A DNA stretch of 64,000 bases, from the NCBI RefSeq assembly GCF_944388875.1, contig NZ_CALXKQ010000011.1:13073-77072 (forward strand). The letters are read 5' to 3'. Shown here one piece after another: positions 9,614-20,100 of the stretch. The translations under genes were made by a program, and so were the position numbers. Each line of letters starts with the position of its first letter. Position 1 is the first letter of the stretch. This DNA comes from an uncultured Brachyspira sp. (GTDB lineage: Bacteria > Spirochaetota > Brachyspiria > Brachyspirales > Brachyspiraceae). The notes beneath the pieces were generated by a model, which did no database searches, was not told the origin of the DNA, and saw nothing but the letters and a program-made list of their open reading frames with translations.

Positions 9614-10105
9614 TTGAAATTATGGAGAAAAAAAATGAGAGTTCAAGAAAGAATGAATAGAGAGATGAATTTAAACAACATATTGATGACCTCGCCTGAA
9701 GCATCAATGAAAGTATCTGTAGCTTCATCTCCATTCGCTGCTATGCTGGAAGAAGACAAAGAAATAAAAAAGTATTCTTATGAATTAGATGAATTAAAAA
9801 GACAAATATATGATGCAGGTAATATTTTAGACAGAAGTGCAAATATAAAAGATTTTCAAAGGTTTAGAGATTTAATAAGATCATTGACAGATAAATTAAT
9901 AAAAGATGCATACAGAGTTAGAGAAGTTTCTGTATTTAATAGAAGCAGATCAATGTACAGCAGCAGACAGTATAAAGTAGTTGCCAAAATTAATGAAGAA
10001 CTTGACTCTCTTTACACATTAATCATGGAAGAACAAAAAAATCATATAGCAATAGCAAATAAAGTTATGAGGCTTAAAGGTTTAGTACTAGATTTAATGT
10101 CATGA
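9614..10105 (+). CDS. YaaR/DUF327 family protein
   Basis: F...L....GN.L...DFQRFRDLIRSL...I++EL+.L...++ pattern; true start may be a downstream Met. Confidence 0.75.
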   Translation: MKLWRKKMRVQERMNREMNLNNILMTSPEASMKVSVASSPFAAMLEEDKEIKKYSYELDELKRQIYDAGNILDRSANIKDFQRFRDLIRSLTDKLIKDAYRVREVSVFNRSRSMYSSRQYKVVAKINEELDSLYTLIMEEQKNHIAIANKVMRLKGLVLDLMS

Positions 10106-10791
10106 ATATACTAGCATTTGATACAGTATCAAGCAATTTCTCAATAGCTCTTCAAAAAGATGATGATACAATTATAGAACATAATAAACAAAATATAAAA
10201 AACCATAATGAAATATTGCTGCCTTCTATACAGTTATTACTTGATGAAAACAATGTGTCATTGGATGATATAACATATATAGCATTAGGAATAGGACCTG
10301 GTTCTTTTACAGCCCTTAGAATAGCATTTGCAACAATAAAAACTATATGCTATGCCAAAAACATACATATAATAGGCATACCAAGTTTAGATGCATTATA
10401 TGAAAACATAAAAAACTATGATGGAATAAAATCATCTATGATAGATGCAAGAAAAGGAAGCATATATGCTAATATATATTATAATAATGAAAAAATAAAA
10501 GAAAATATGGACCTAACATATAAAGAATTTATAGATATTATTAATTCAATAGAAACTACAAGTAAAAATATAACATTATGCGGAGATGGTTTTTACAATA
10601 ATAAAGATTTTTTTATTGAAAATCTAAAAAATTACAATATAAAATTATTAGATAATGATGCTAATATCATAAAAGCATCAAACATAATTTCTTTATCAAA
10701 ACATAAATTTGATAATAAGCAATTTGATGATATACATTCTTTATTACCTCTCTATATAAGAAAAAGTGAAGCAGAAAATAAAAAAAATTAG
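10102..10791 (+). CDS. tsaB: tRNA threonylcarbamoyladenosine biosynthesis protein TsaB
   Basis: LAFDTV, HNEILLPSI, GIGPGSFTALRIA, IDARKG, PLYIRKSEAE. Confidence 0.93.
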   Translation: MNILAFDTVSSNFSIALQKDDDTIIEHNKQNIKNHNEILLPSIQLLLDENNVSLDDITYIALGIGPGSFTALRIAFATIKTICYAKNIHIIGIPSLDALYENIKNYDGIKSSMIDARKGSIYANIYYNNEKIKENMDLTYKEFIDIINSIETTSKNITLCGDGFYNNKDFFIENLKNYNIKLLDNDANIIKASNIISLSKHKFDNKQFDDIHSLLPLYIRKSEAENKKN

Positions 10792-10820
10792 ATTTTTAAT
10801 ATATAATAAATGCATTTAAG

Positions 10821-10848
10821 TAAAAAATAAGTATGAAATACACGATAA
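10821..10848 (+). promoter_or_regulatory. Possible sigma28 promoter upstream of the MCP gene
   Basis: TAAA (10821-10824), 16 nt, CACGATAA (10841-10848); spacer one base longer than consensus. Confidence 0.4.
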
Positions 10849-10956
10849 TTTATACAATATGTAAGAAATATATCTTGACTTCGTAAAAAATATTGTTATT
10901 ATATATAAGAATAATATTATAAATAATATTTTTTCATGTAAATAATTTGTTGGAGT

Positions 10957-13107
10957 TTGAAAGTGAGAAAATTGCAATCATTGAAGGTGAAAATACCGTT
11001 TTTCGTAATGCTTCTTGTTACAGTGATGACAATTATATTGGTTACACTTCTTATTAGAATAGGTTCTCAAGGTATTAGAAGTTCTGCCATATTTGGATTT
11101 GAATCTACTACCAAAGTATATTCTAGAATGATAAATGTATGGCTAGAACAGTCAATATTTACATCTGAAGCTATAAGCAGAGGATATCCTCAATTAATAA
11201 CATTCCTTCAAGATAGAACACCAGAAAGTAGGGCTGCTCTTGAAACAAGTCTTAAAAATGTTGTGGCAAATAACAGTAATATACAAGGTATTGTGGTATT
11301 AGATGCTAATGGTAGTGTTGTATCTGATAGTTTAGATGGAAAGGTAGTTAATTCTTCAAGCACAAGAAATTTTAGCGGAACGGAAATATGGCAGAAAATT
11401 ATGTCAGGGCAGTCTGCAGTACTTCCTACAGTGGATCCTTCTCCTGCTGATAATAATAAATATGTAGTAAAAATTTTCTCCCCTATAAAAAACTCATCTG
11501 GAAATGTAGTTGGGGCAATATCAACAATGATAGATTGGCTTGGTTTTATAGACAAGGAATTAAATCTTGTTAAATTTGGAAATACTGGACACCCATTTAT
11601 TGTAGATCCTGACAGATGGGTTATTGCTGACCCTGTTCCTTCGCATGTAAGAAGCGAAGTTTTAAGAAATGCTGATTATATACAATATGCAGTTGCAAAT
11701 GAATCTGGATATTATGAGTTTAAATCTCCTTTCAATGGCAAAGATTCCATAGCAACATTTTATAAAGAACCTATATCAGGATGGTCTGTTGTTATGAGTA
11801 TAGAATCTGATGAGTTATTCGCACATATAAATACTATGAAAAAATACGCAATTATAGGTACAATAGCAATACTTATTTTAGCATCAATAGTAATAGTATT
11901 CTATATAAATAAAATAACTACTATACTTCATCTATTGGCTGTTGATTTGAAAAGTCTTTCTAAAGGAGATATTAGTTGGTCTATTCCTGTTGGACTTGAT
12001 AAAAGAAAAGATGAATTTGGAGAGATAGCAACTTCTATCGGAGAAGTATTAGATCAGTTAAATGATAAAGTAAGATTAGTATATGATAGTGCTTATACAG
12101 TAAAAGCATCAGCTAATGAGGTAGCACAAGGCAATATAGATTTATCGAATAGAACTGAAAATCAGGCATCAGGACTCGAAGAAACAGCTTCTTCTATGGA
12201 AGAGATAGCTTCTACAATAAAATCTTCTGCTGAACATACTTTAGAAGGTAATAATATGATGATTACTTCTAAAAAAGCTATTGAAGAGGCTGGAAGAATC
12301 ATAGAAGAAAGTACTCAGAATATTGAGGCAGTATATGAATCAAGTTCTAAAATTAGTGCTATTACTAAAATAATTGAAGATATAGCATTCCAAACTAATA
12401 TACTTGCTCTTAATGCTGCTGTTGAAGCTGCACGTGCAGGAGAACAAGGAAGAGGTTTCGCTGTTGTTGCTTCTGAGGTTAGAAACTTGGCTCAAACAAC
12501 TCAAACATCAGTAAAAGATATTACAAGTTTGGTAGCTGATTCTGAAGAAAAAATTGCTGCTGCTACAGAAACAGCAAGAGAATCTAAAGAAATATTCCAA
12601 AATTTGAGAGTTCAAATAGAAGAAACTGCTAAAATCATGCAGGATTTAAGTTCTACTGCTATGGAACAGCAGGCTGGGGTTGATCAAGTTAATATAGCTA
12701 TTACTCAAATGGATATGACTACTCAGCAGAACGCTGCTTTAGTAGAGGAATCTACTGCCGCTTCTGAAGCTTTATTCTCACAAGCTGAAGAATTGGTAAG
12801 AGCTATGGAATTCTTTAAATTGAGAGGAACAAATACTAAAAAGAACATACAAAAAGTAGAAAAAAATAAAAAATCTGATACTGCACCAGTAACTCCTACT
12901 ACAGATAAAAAGGCTGTTCATGAAAGCAAACCTATATCACCTGTTAAAAAACCAGAATTAAAAAGTCCTTTGAAAAAACATCATGAAGAAAAGCCAGCAA
13001 GCAGTATACCTGTTAGTTCAACCCCTGTTAAAACTGTAAAAGATAATGAATTTGGAAATACATTTGATACTTCTAAAGATACTTCTGATGGTTTTGAATC
13101 ATTTTAA
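10957..13107 (+). CDS. Methyl-accepting chemotaxis protein (TM-Cache-TM-HAMP-signalling domain)
   Basis: IAFQTNILALNAAVEAARAGEQGRGFAVVASEVRNLAQ hairpin; two TM segments; C-terminal GFESF. Confidence 0.96.
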   Translation: MKVRKLQSLKVKIPFFVMLLVTVMTIILVTLLIRIGSQGIRSSAIFGFESTTKVYSRMINVWLEQSIFTSEAISRGYPQLITFLQDRTPESRAALETSLKNVVANNSNIQGIVVLDANGSVVSDSLDGKVVNSSSTRNFSGTEIWQKIMSGQSAVLPTVDPSPADNNKYVVKIFSPIKNSSGNVVGAISTMIDWLGFIDKELNLVKFGNTGHPFIVDPDRWVIADPVPSHVRSEVLRNADYIQYAVANESGYYEFKSPFNGKDSIATFYKEPISGWSVVMSIESDELFAHINTMKKYAIIGTIAILILASIVIVFYINKITTILHLLAVDLKSLSKGDISWSIPVGLDKRKDEFGEIATSIGEVLDQLNDKVRLVYDSAYTVKASANEVAQGNIDLSNRTENQASGLEETASSMEEIASTIKSSAEHTLEGNNMMITSKKAIEEAGRIIEESTQNIEAVYESSSKISAITKIIEDIAFQTNILALNAAVEAARAGEQGRGFAVVASEVRNLAQTTQTSVKDITSLVADSEEKIAAATETARESKEIFQNLRVQIEETAKIMQDLSSTAMEQQAGVDQVNIAITQMDMTTQQNAALVEESTAASEALFSQAEELVRAMEFFKLRGTNTKKNIQKVEKNKKSDTAPVTPTTDKKAVHESKPISPVKKPELKSPLKKHHEEKPASSIPVSSTPVKTVKDNEFGNTFDTSKDTSDGFESF

Positions 13108-13137
13108 TATTAAGTAAATCAATAAAATAAATAAAAT

Positions 13138-13160
13138 CGAAGGTATTTTACCTTCGCTTT
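13138..13160. terminator. Bidirectional intrinsic terminator
   Basis: CGAAGGTA-ttt-TACCTTCG stem flanked by A and T runs between convergent MCP and selU genes. Confidence 0.8.
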
Positions 13161-13177
13161 TTTATATATTAAATATT

Positions 13178-14212
13178 TCAAATATTTACTTTGCTCAACA
13201 TCAATTTAACAATATTATCAAAATCCTGATTATCACATTCTACTTTTATAACTTTATCATCCTGTATGCTGAGTTTATACGCCTTATCATAATAATAAAG
13301 CATATTCAATACACATTCATACATATTGCCGTTATCAAGCAATTCTAATGATTCTTTTAATTTTTCTCCTCCCAAACGGTTTTTTATTTTCATAATGGAT
13401 TCTTTCAAATCATCAATACTATATTTGCCGTAAGTATTAACAATATACTCTGCCCTGCACTCTTTTGGTATGTCCAAATATATTATTTTTTCACTATCCC
13501 TCATCCTATTAAATAAAGCTTTGGGTATAGCTCTTTTACCTATAAGCAAACTCTCATCTTCAAACCATAATATAGAATTAATATCATATTTTAGTAATTC
13601 TGCAGATAAATTATTCTCAAATTGTTCCTGACTAGGCTGTTCGCCCTCATTTATCCATCCGAATGCTGAACCTTTATGCTTAGCTATTTTTTCTAAATCT
13701 ATAACATTATAACCGTATTCTTTGAGTTTATTCAATATCAAAGTTTTTCCGCTGCCTGTTCTTCCAGTAAGCAAATATATTCTATAATCCCTATCAAATG
13801 AATCTAATACATAATGCCTATATCTTTTATAACCGCCATCCAGTACGCATACATCATATCCGTAACTGGAACAAAGCCATGCTACCGATTCGCTTCGCAT
13901 TCCTCCTCTAAAACAATGCATAAGTATTTTATTAGTATTATTATAATTTTTAGCTATATTATCAATAGATTTCAATATATCAGTCATTCTCAAAGACACA
14001 TACTGCAAACCTCTTAATACAGCTTCCTTTCTACCTATTTGCTTGTATATAGTTCCAACATCTTTTCTCTCTTCATCATTAAATAAATAAACATTATAAG
14101 CATCAGGTATATGTGCATGTTCATATTCTATAGGCGAACGTACATCTATAATTGGCAATCGTTCTTCCTCTTTTAGCTTAAAAAACTCATCTATATTAAT
14201 ACGCCTAACCAT
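13178..14212 (-). CDS. mnmH: tRNA 2-selenouridine synthase
   Basis: Rhodanese domain IDVRSP.EY...HIP, HCFRGGMRS; P-loop GRTGSGKT; DLE.IAKHKGSAFG; QPSQEQFEN. Confidence 0.93.
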   Translation of the reverse strand: MVRRINIDEFFKLKEEERLPIIDVRSPIEYEHAHIPDAYNVYLFNDEERKDVGTIYKQIGRKEAVLRGLQYVSLRMTDILKSIDNIAKNYNNTNKILMHCFRGGMRSESVAWLCSSYGYDVCVLDGGYKRYRHYVLDSFDRDYRIYLLTGRTGSGKTLILNKLKEYGYNVIDLEKIAKHKGSAFGWINEGEQPSQEQFENNLSAELLKYDINSILWFEDESLLIGKRAIPKALFNRMRDSEKIIYLDIPKECRAEYIVNTYGKYSIDDLKESIMKIKNRLGGEKLKESLELLDNGNMYECVLNMLYYYDKAYKLSIQDDKVIKVECDNQDFDNIVKLMLSKVNI

Positions 14213-14291
14213 TTATACTCCATATATATTAATTAGATTTAATATATAATATAAATAAAATAAAAAATGTAAAGTCATTTATACTTAAAAA

Positions 14292-14909
14292 TTATAGTAA
14301 TCTTCCTATTACATCGATATCATTCCAATCTATTTCATGTTCTGTAGGTATAGGATAGGATTCCCAATCAGCACTTACTGAAGGAAGCCATTCGCTGCCT
14401 CTGCCATATCCATTTTTTCTCATCCAGTGACGAAGCCTATCTTTATAATCTGATGAGTAATTTTGTGCTATATATAAAACATCATCTTTAACCATTAATC
14501 CTATGGACAAATAAATACTTCTATCTGGAAAATTTCTGCTTATATAATATGAAAGTTCTGTATATAATCTATCATAAACATTCTTTTTTACTGTATCTTC
14601 ATATAAGTTGAATGTAGGAAGACTTTCTATTATATAACTTTTAAGCGTTGTATTTTTATAATAAAATGCCTGATTTTTTTCTTTCATCAAGAATAATGTA
14701 TACTTTATAGGAGATTTATATCCATATACGGTTAAAGTCATATTTGATTTATCATCAAATCTATATATATTTTGGTAGATATCAGATGCCATTTTATTTT
14801 TTACAATATTTTTCCAATAATCAGCATTATTAGTTTTTAAATAAATTTCTGGCGTACTTAAACATGATAATGTCATAAATAATAGCGGAAATAAAAAAAA
14901 CAGCCTCAT
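14292..14909 (-). CDS. Hypothetical lipoprotein
   Basis: MRLFFLFPLLFMTLSC lipobox; no recognisable domain. Confidence 0.65.
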   Translation of the reverse strand: MRLFFLFPLLFMTLSCLSTPEIYLKTNNADYWKNIVKNKMASDIYQNIYRFDDKSNMTLTVYGYKSPIKYTLFLMKEKNQAFYYKNTTLKSYIIESLPTFNLYEDTVKKNVYDRLYTELSYYISRNFPDRSIYLSIGLMVKDDVLYIAQNYSSDYKDRLRHWMRKNGYGRGSEWLPSVSADWESYPIPTEHEIDWNDIDVIGRLL

Positions 14910-15083
14910 AAATAATTACACATAACCTTCAAACATATATAATATACCCTAATATTATATTTATCAATATATTTTTATAATTTTATACTATATAAAAAAA
15001 TAATGCTTGCAATAATATCAACTTAAAAATAAAATATATTATCTTTAAATTATGTTAAAATAAAGTAGATTTGGAGTGTATTA

Positions 15084-16076
15084 ATGATAAAAAATATAGC
15101 CCATGTAAAATTTAGGGGTTCCAATATAGGTAAATTTGAGCACTTACATATAGAAGATGTAAAAGTAAAAGATACATGCGTAATAGAAACGGATGAAGGT
15201 ATAGAAATTGGGTATGTTCTAAATTTTGAAGATATAGATGTAGATTCATTAAATAATGAAGAAAATCAAAATAGTGATTCTAATGAGAATAATGAATCTA
15301 TAGAACAAAATGATGAGGATGATAATAATGACGGCGGTGCTAATGAAGAAATATCTGAAGAATTAAAGGACATAGCAGCAGATGAAGAACCTAATATAAA
15401 AACAAAAAATAATAAAAATAAAATATTTAATATACTTAGAATAGCAAATGAGAAAGATTTGGAACAGCATAGAATAAATATAGAAGATGCTGAAGAAGCT
15501 TTTAAGATATGCAAAGAAAAAGTTAATAATCATAATTTAGATTTAAAATTAATCAGTTCTTATTATTTTCTTGACAGGGCAAAGCTTTTATTTGAGTTTA
15601 TTGCTGAAGAAAGAATAGATTTTAGGGAATTAGTAAAAGATTTAGCGGCACATTTTAAAACAAGAATAGAATTAAGGCAAATAGGAGTAAGAGATGAAGC
15701 CAGATCTATAGGCGGATGCGGAATATGCGGAAGAGAATTATGCTGTAAAGTTATAAAAGGCAAATTTGAAACTATAACTATAAAAATGGCTAAAGAACAG
15801 GGAATGCTTTTGAATACAATGAAGATATCAGGACAATGCGGAAGATTAATGTGCTGTTTGGGACATGAATATAAAGCATATTGTTCATTAAAAAAAGATT
15901 TGCCTAAAGTAGGAACAAAATTAGTATTTAATAGTGTACCTGCTGTAATAAAAGAGGTAAATCCATTAAATAAAAAATTATTAATAGAAACAGAAGATAA
16001 AAGACTTATATACATTAATGTCAGCGACTTGAGAAGTGAAGAAGGTTTTCTTGTCGCTAACATAAAAGCAGAATAA
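15084..16076 (+). CDS. PSP1/YaaT (RicT) family protein
   Basis: RIDFRELVKDLA, RIELRQIGVRDEA, GGCGICGRELCC, KISGQCGRLMCCL. Confidence 0.9.
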   Translation: MIKNIAHVKFRGSNIGKFEHLHIEDVKVKDTCVIETDEGIEIGYVLNFEDIDVDSLNNEENQNSDSNENNESIEQNDEDDNNDGGANEEISEELKDIAADEEPNIKTKNNKNKIFNILRIANEKDLEQHRINIEDAEEAFKICKEKVNNHNLDLKLISSYYFLDRAKLLFEFIAEERIDFRELVKDLAAHFKTRIELRQIGVRDEARSIGGCGICGRELCCKVIKGKFETITIKMAKEQGMLLNTMKISGQCGRLMCCLGHEYKAYCSLKKDLPKVGTKLVFNSVPAVIKEVNPLNKKLLIETEDKRLIYINVSDLRSEEGFLVANIKAE

Positions 16077-16107
16077 AAACTATCAAAATAATTTACGGAG
16101 TTATAAT

Positions 16108-17106
16108 ATGTCAGAAAAAGTTATGTTAAGCGGAATACAGCCTACTGGTTCTCTTCATATTGGTAATTATTTAGGGGCATTAAAGAATTGGGTTGATATA
16201 CTTGATGAGTATTACGGATTTTTTTGTATAGTGGATTATCATGCTATAACAATAGAATATGATGTTTCTCAAATGCAAAAAAGAATAATGGACGCTGCTG
16301 TAGAATACCTTGCATGCGGACTTGATCCTAAGAAATGTTCTATATTCGTGCAATCAGATGTAAGAGCTCATACTGAACTTGCTTGGATATTTAATTCTAT
16401 TATTCCTGTAGCGGAGCTTGAAAGAATGACGCAGTATAAAGATAAGTCAAGAAAGAATGCTGAAAATATTAATGCTGCTCTTCTAACCTACCCTTCTTTA
16501 ATGGCTGCTGATATTTTGCTTTATCATCCTGATATTGTACCTGTAGGAGAAGATCAGGAACAGCATGTAGAATTAACCAGAATGATAGTTAGAAAATTTA
16601 ATAACAGATACGGAGAATATTTTAAAGAACCTGATACCTATCATGGAAAAGTTTTAAGAATATTAGGATTAGACGGTCAAAATAAGATGAGCAAATCTTT
16701 AAATAACCACATAGCTTTACGTTTTACTCCTGAGGAAACAGAGAAATTAATTTTACAAAAAGCTATGACTGATACAAACAGAAAGCTTAAAACGGATGCT
16801 GGAAATCCTGATATATGCAATGTTTACAGCTATCATAAAATTTTCTCTTCAGAAGATGAACAAAAAGAAGTTTGTGAAGGATGTAAAAATGCTTCTATTG
16901 GATGTGTACAATGTAAAAAAATGTTAGTAAAAAACATAAATAATGAACTTGCACCTATAAGAGAAAATATTGAAAAATTATCTAATGATAAGGATTATGT
17001 TTATGATGTTCTAAAAGAAGGAGCAAAAAAGGCATCTGAAGTTGCTGAAAAAACATTATATGAAGTTAGAAATTTAATGGGGCTAGTAGACGATAAGAGA
17101 AAATAA
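16108..17106 (+). CDS. trpS: Tryptophanyl-tRNA synthetase
   Basis: SGIQPTGSLHIGNYLG (HIGH-like), VPVGEDQEQHVE, KMSKS. Confidence 0.97.
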   Translation: MSEKVMLSGIQPTGSLHIGNYLGALKNWVDILDEYYGFFCIVDYHAITIEYDVSQMQKRIMDAAVEYLACGLDPKKCSIFVQSDVRAHTELAWIFNSIIPVAELERMTQYKDKSRKNAENINAALLTYPSLMAADILLYHPDIVPVGEDQEQHVELTRMIVRKFNNRYGEYFKEPDTYHGKVLRILGLDGQNKMSKSLNNHIALRFTPEETEKLILQKAMTDTNRKLKTDAGNPDICNVYSYHKIFSSEDEQKEVCEGCKNASIGCVQCKKMLVKNINNELAPIRENIEKLSNDKDYVYDVLKEGAKKASEVAEKTLYEVRNLMGLVDDKRK

Positions 17107-17130
17107 TTTATATAATAAAAACTATACTAT

Positions 17131-17167
17131 AAAAAAGACTGTTAATTTTTTATTAGCAGTCTTTTTT
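17131..17167. terminator. Bidirectional intrinsic terminator between trpS and dnaE
   Basis: AAAAAAGACTGTTAAT-loop-ATTAGCAGTCTTTTTT. Confidence 0.85.
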
Positions 17168-17175
17168 TATAGTAT

Positions 17176-20100
17176 TTAAGCATATTCAATTTCTATAAGA
17201 GATCTCAATGCATTCTTTGTTTCATTTAAAAATCTCTGATTAGGATCAACTTTATAATCCTCGCCTATTTTAAATATCTCAGTACCGCTTTCTGATTTTA
17301 ATTTTAAAAATATAGTATATTCGCCAGGATTGCTGGATATAGCATTTTGTAAGCATAATAAATCCATGTCATCGAATATATTTTTATTAACATGCAAAGA
17401 TAATTGCTTTTTACCAGTATTTGAATGCTTAATTATTATATTATTATTAGTAAATGAATCGCTGGAAACAATATTATCAGAACGCTTTATATCTGATTCT
17501 TTATTTGAATTTTTAAATGGTGTATCATTTTTATTAGACTGAATTTGTACAGTTTCTAATATATTATCCCTTTTTATATTATCTCTTTTAACTTCTTTAA
17601 GTTTTATATTTTTATCATTCAAATAATCATCTAATAATTTTACTTCTATTATATTAGTATACATTTTATCAGAGAATCTGTTTTTTTCTCTTCGTCCTTT
17701 TATTAATATGCCTGTCTGTTCATTAAGTATATCTTTATATTTATCTATTTGATTCTTAGCTGTTATATAAAACATATACTCAGTAAACAAATCCATAACT
17801 TTTAATGTAATCATAGGAGTATTTTTCTTTGTAGTTGTTTCTGCAGCCGACATAACAACACAAGGAAGAATAAATTCATCTTTATCTTTTAATTTATCAA
17901 TATCCAAAATATTATTAAAGTATTTATAATCAATTTTAGTAATATATCTTGCAAAAGGATGATATTTTAGAGAAAATCCTAAAACTTCTTTTTCATTTTC
18001 CATTAAAATATTATTAGAATATTCAATTTGTTTTTCTATAACTAAAGAAGCACTTCCGCTGTCATCTTCAGACATAGAATCAAAAAGCATAGTTTGTCCT
18101 GATAAAGTTTCCTTTTGATAATTAGATGCATGTGCAAGTATGGCATCAAGAGAAGCAAGCAATGCACTTTCAGTATGACCGAATTCAGCAAAAGCACCGC
18201 ATTTTATTAATGTTTCATATACTTTTCTATTTACAAGATGAACATCAACACGTTTTACAAAATCTTCTAAATTTTTGAATTGTCCGTTTTTTTCTCTCTC
18301 TTCCTCAATAGCCAATGCAGCATGAAGACCAACACCTTTAACAGCATGCAAAGCATATACTATTTTACCATCTTTTTGAGAAAATAAAGCATCGCTTTCA
18401 AAAACGCTTGCTGTAACTATATCTATATTTTTTTGTTTGATTTCATTAAGATATAATGCTATTTTATCTGTATCAGCAATAACCGTGTTAAGTAAAGCAA
18501 CATAATATTCCATTGGATAATGTGCTTTTATATAAGCCTCCTGATAAGCTATCAAAGCATAGCAAACAGAGTGCGATTTATTAAATCCATACTCAGCAAA
18601 ACCTTTCATTGTATCGAAAAGGTAGGTTAATAACTCTTTATCATAACCTCTCTCAAGTCCGCCTTTAATGAATTTCTCTTCCATAGAGTTCATTTTCTCT
18701 ACGATTTTTTTACCCATAGCCTTTCTTAAATCATCAGCTTCAGCAGCAGTAAACCCTCCTATAACTCTGCTTATTGCCATAATCTGCTCTTGATATATTA
18801 ATACTCCCTGACTTTCTTTAAGTATAGGCTCCAAATCTGAATGTTTGTATACTATCTCTTTTCTTTTGTTTTTCCTGTCGGCATAATCTTTATCCATACC
18901 AGAGTTTAAAGGACCCGGACGGTATAATGCAACGCTGGAAACCAAATCGTCAAAACCTGTAGGCTGAATATTAATAAGCATCTGACGCATACCAGGACTT
19001 TCAAACTGGAATACTCCTCCAGTATCAGCTTTTCTAAATATTTCATAAACAGCTTCATCATCTAAAGGAATTTTATCTATATCTATTTCTATTGCGTATC
19101 TTTCTTTTATATCTTTGACAGCATCTTTTATGAGTCTTAAGTTCTTAATACCTAAAAAGTCCATCTTTATAAGCCCTGCACTTTCAACATAATTCATCTC
19201 ATACTGGCAGGCTCTTGTACCTGTTTTAGAATCCTGATATACAGGAGCTAAATCCATTATAGGATGAGAAGATATAATAACGCCAGCAGCATGTAAACCT
19301 ACATTCCTAACCAAACCGTCAAGTCTTGCAGATATTTCATACATATTTTTTAATTCTCTGCTGCTCTCTATTTCTTTTATAAACTCTGCACATTCAGGAT
19401 CATCATATATATCAACTATCCTTATATTATTAGGTATACCTTTAGCAAGTCTGTCTGCAGTAGCTAAATCTATACCCATAACACGGCAAACATCTCTTAT
19501 AACAGAACGTCCGCCCAAAGCACCGAATGTAGCAATCTGAGCAACATTGTCTTTACCGTATTTTTCTTTTACATAATCTATTATTACTTCTCTCTTATCG
19601 TCTTGGAAGTCAACATCTATATCAGGCATGCTTTTTCTCTCGGGATTTAAAAATCTCTCAAAAAGCAAATTATAATCAAGAGGATTAACCTTAGTAATTC
19701 CAGTAGCAAATGCAACTATTGAACCAGCCGCACTTCCCCTTCCAGGACCTACAGCAACATCATGATTTCTAGCATAGTTAATAAAATCCTGAACAACCAA
19801 GAAATAACCTTCAAAACCCATTTTAGCTATAACACCTAATTCCATTTCAAGTCTTTCCATAGCTTCTTTTGGTATATCATTATTATAATGTTTATTAAGA
19901 CCTTCTATACACATCTTCCTTAATGCTGTAGTTTCAGTTTCTCCATTAGGAAGTTCATAATTAGGCATATAATAAGTTTTAGTCATTATATTCAAATCTT
20001 TGCATTGCTCTGCTATTTTTACAGTATTTTCAAATGCTTTAGGAATTTTTGAAAATGACTTCATCATCTCTTCTTCGCTTTTTAGATGAAACTCATTACT

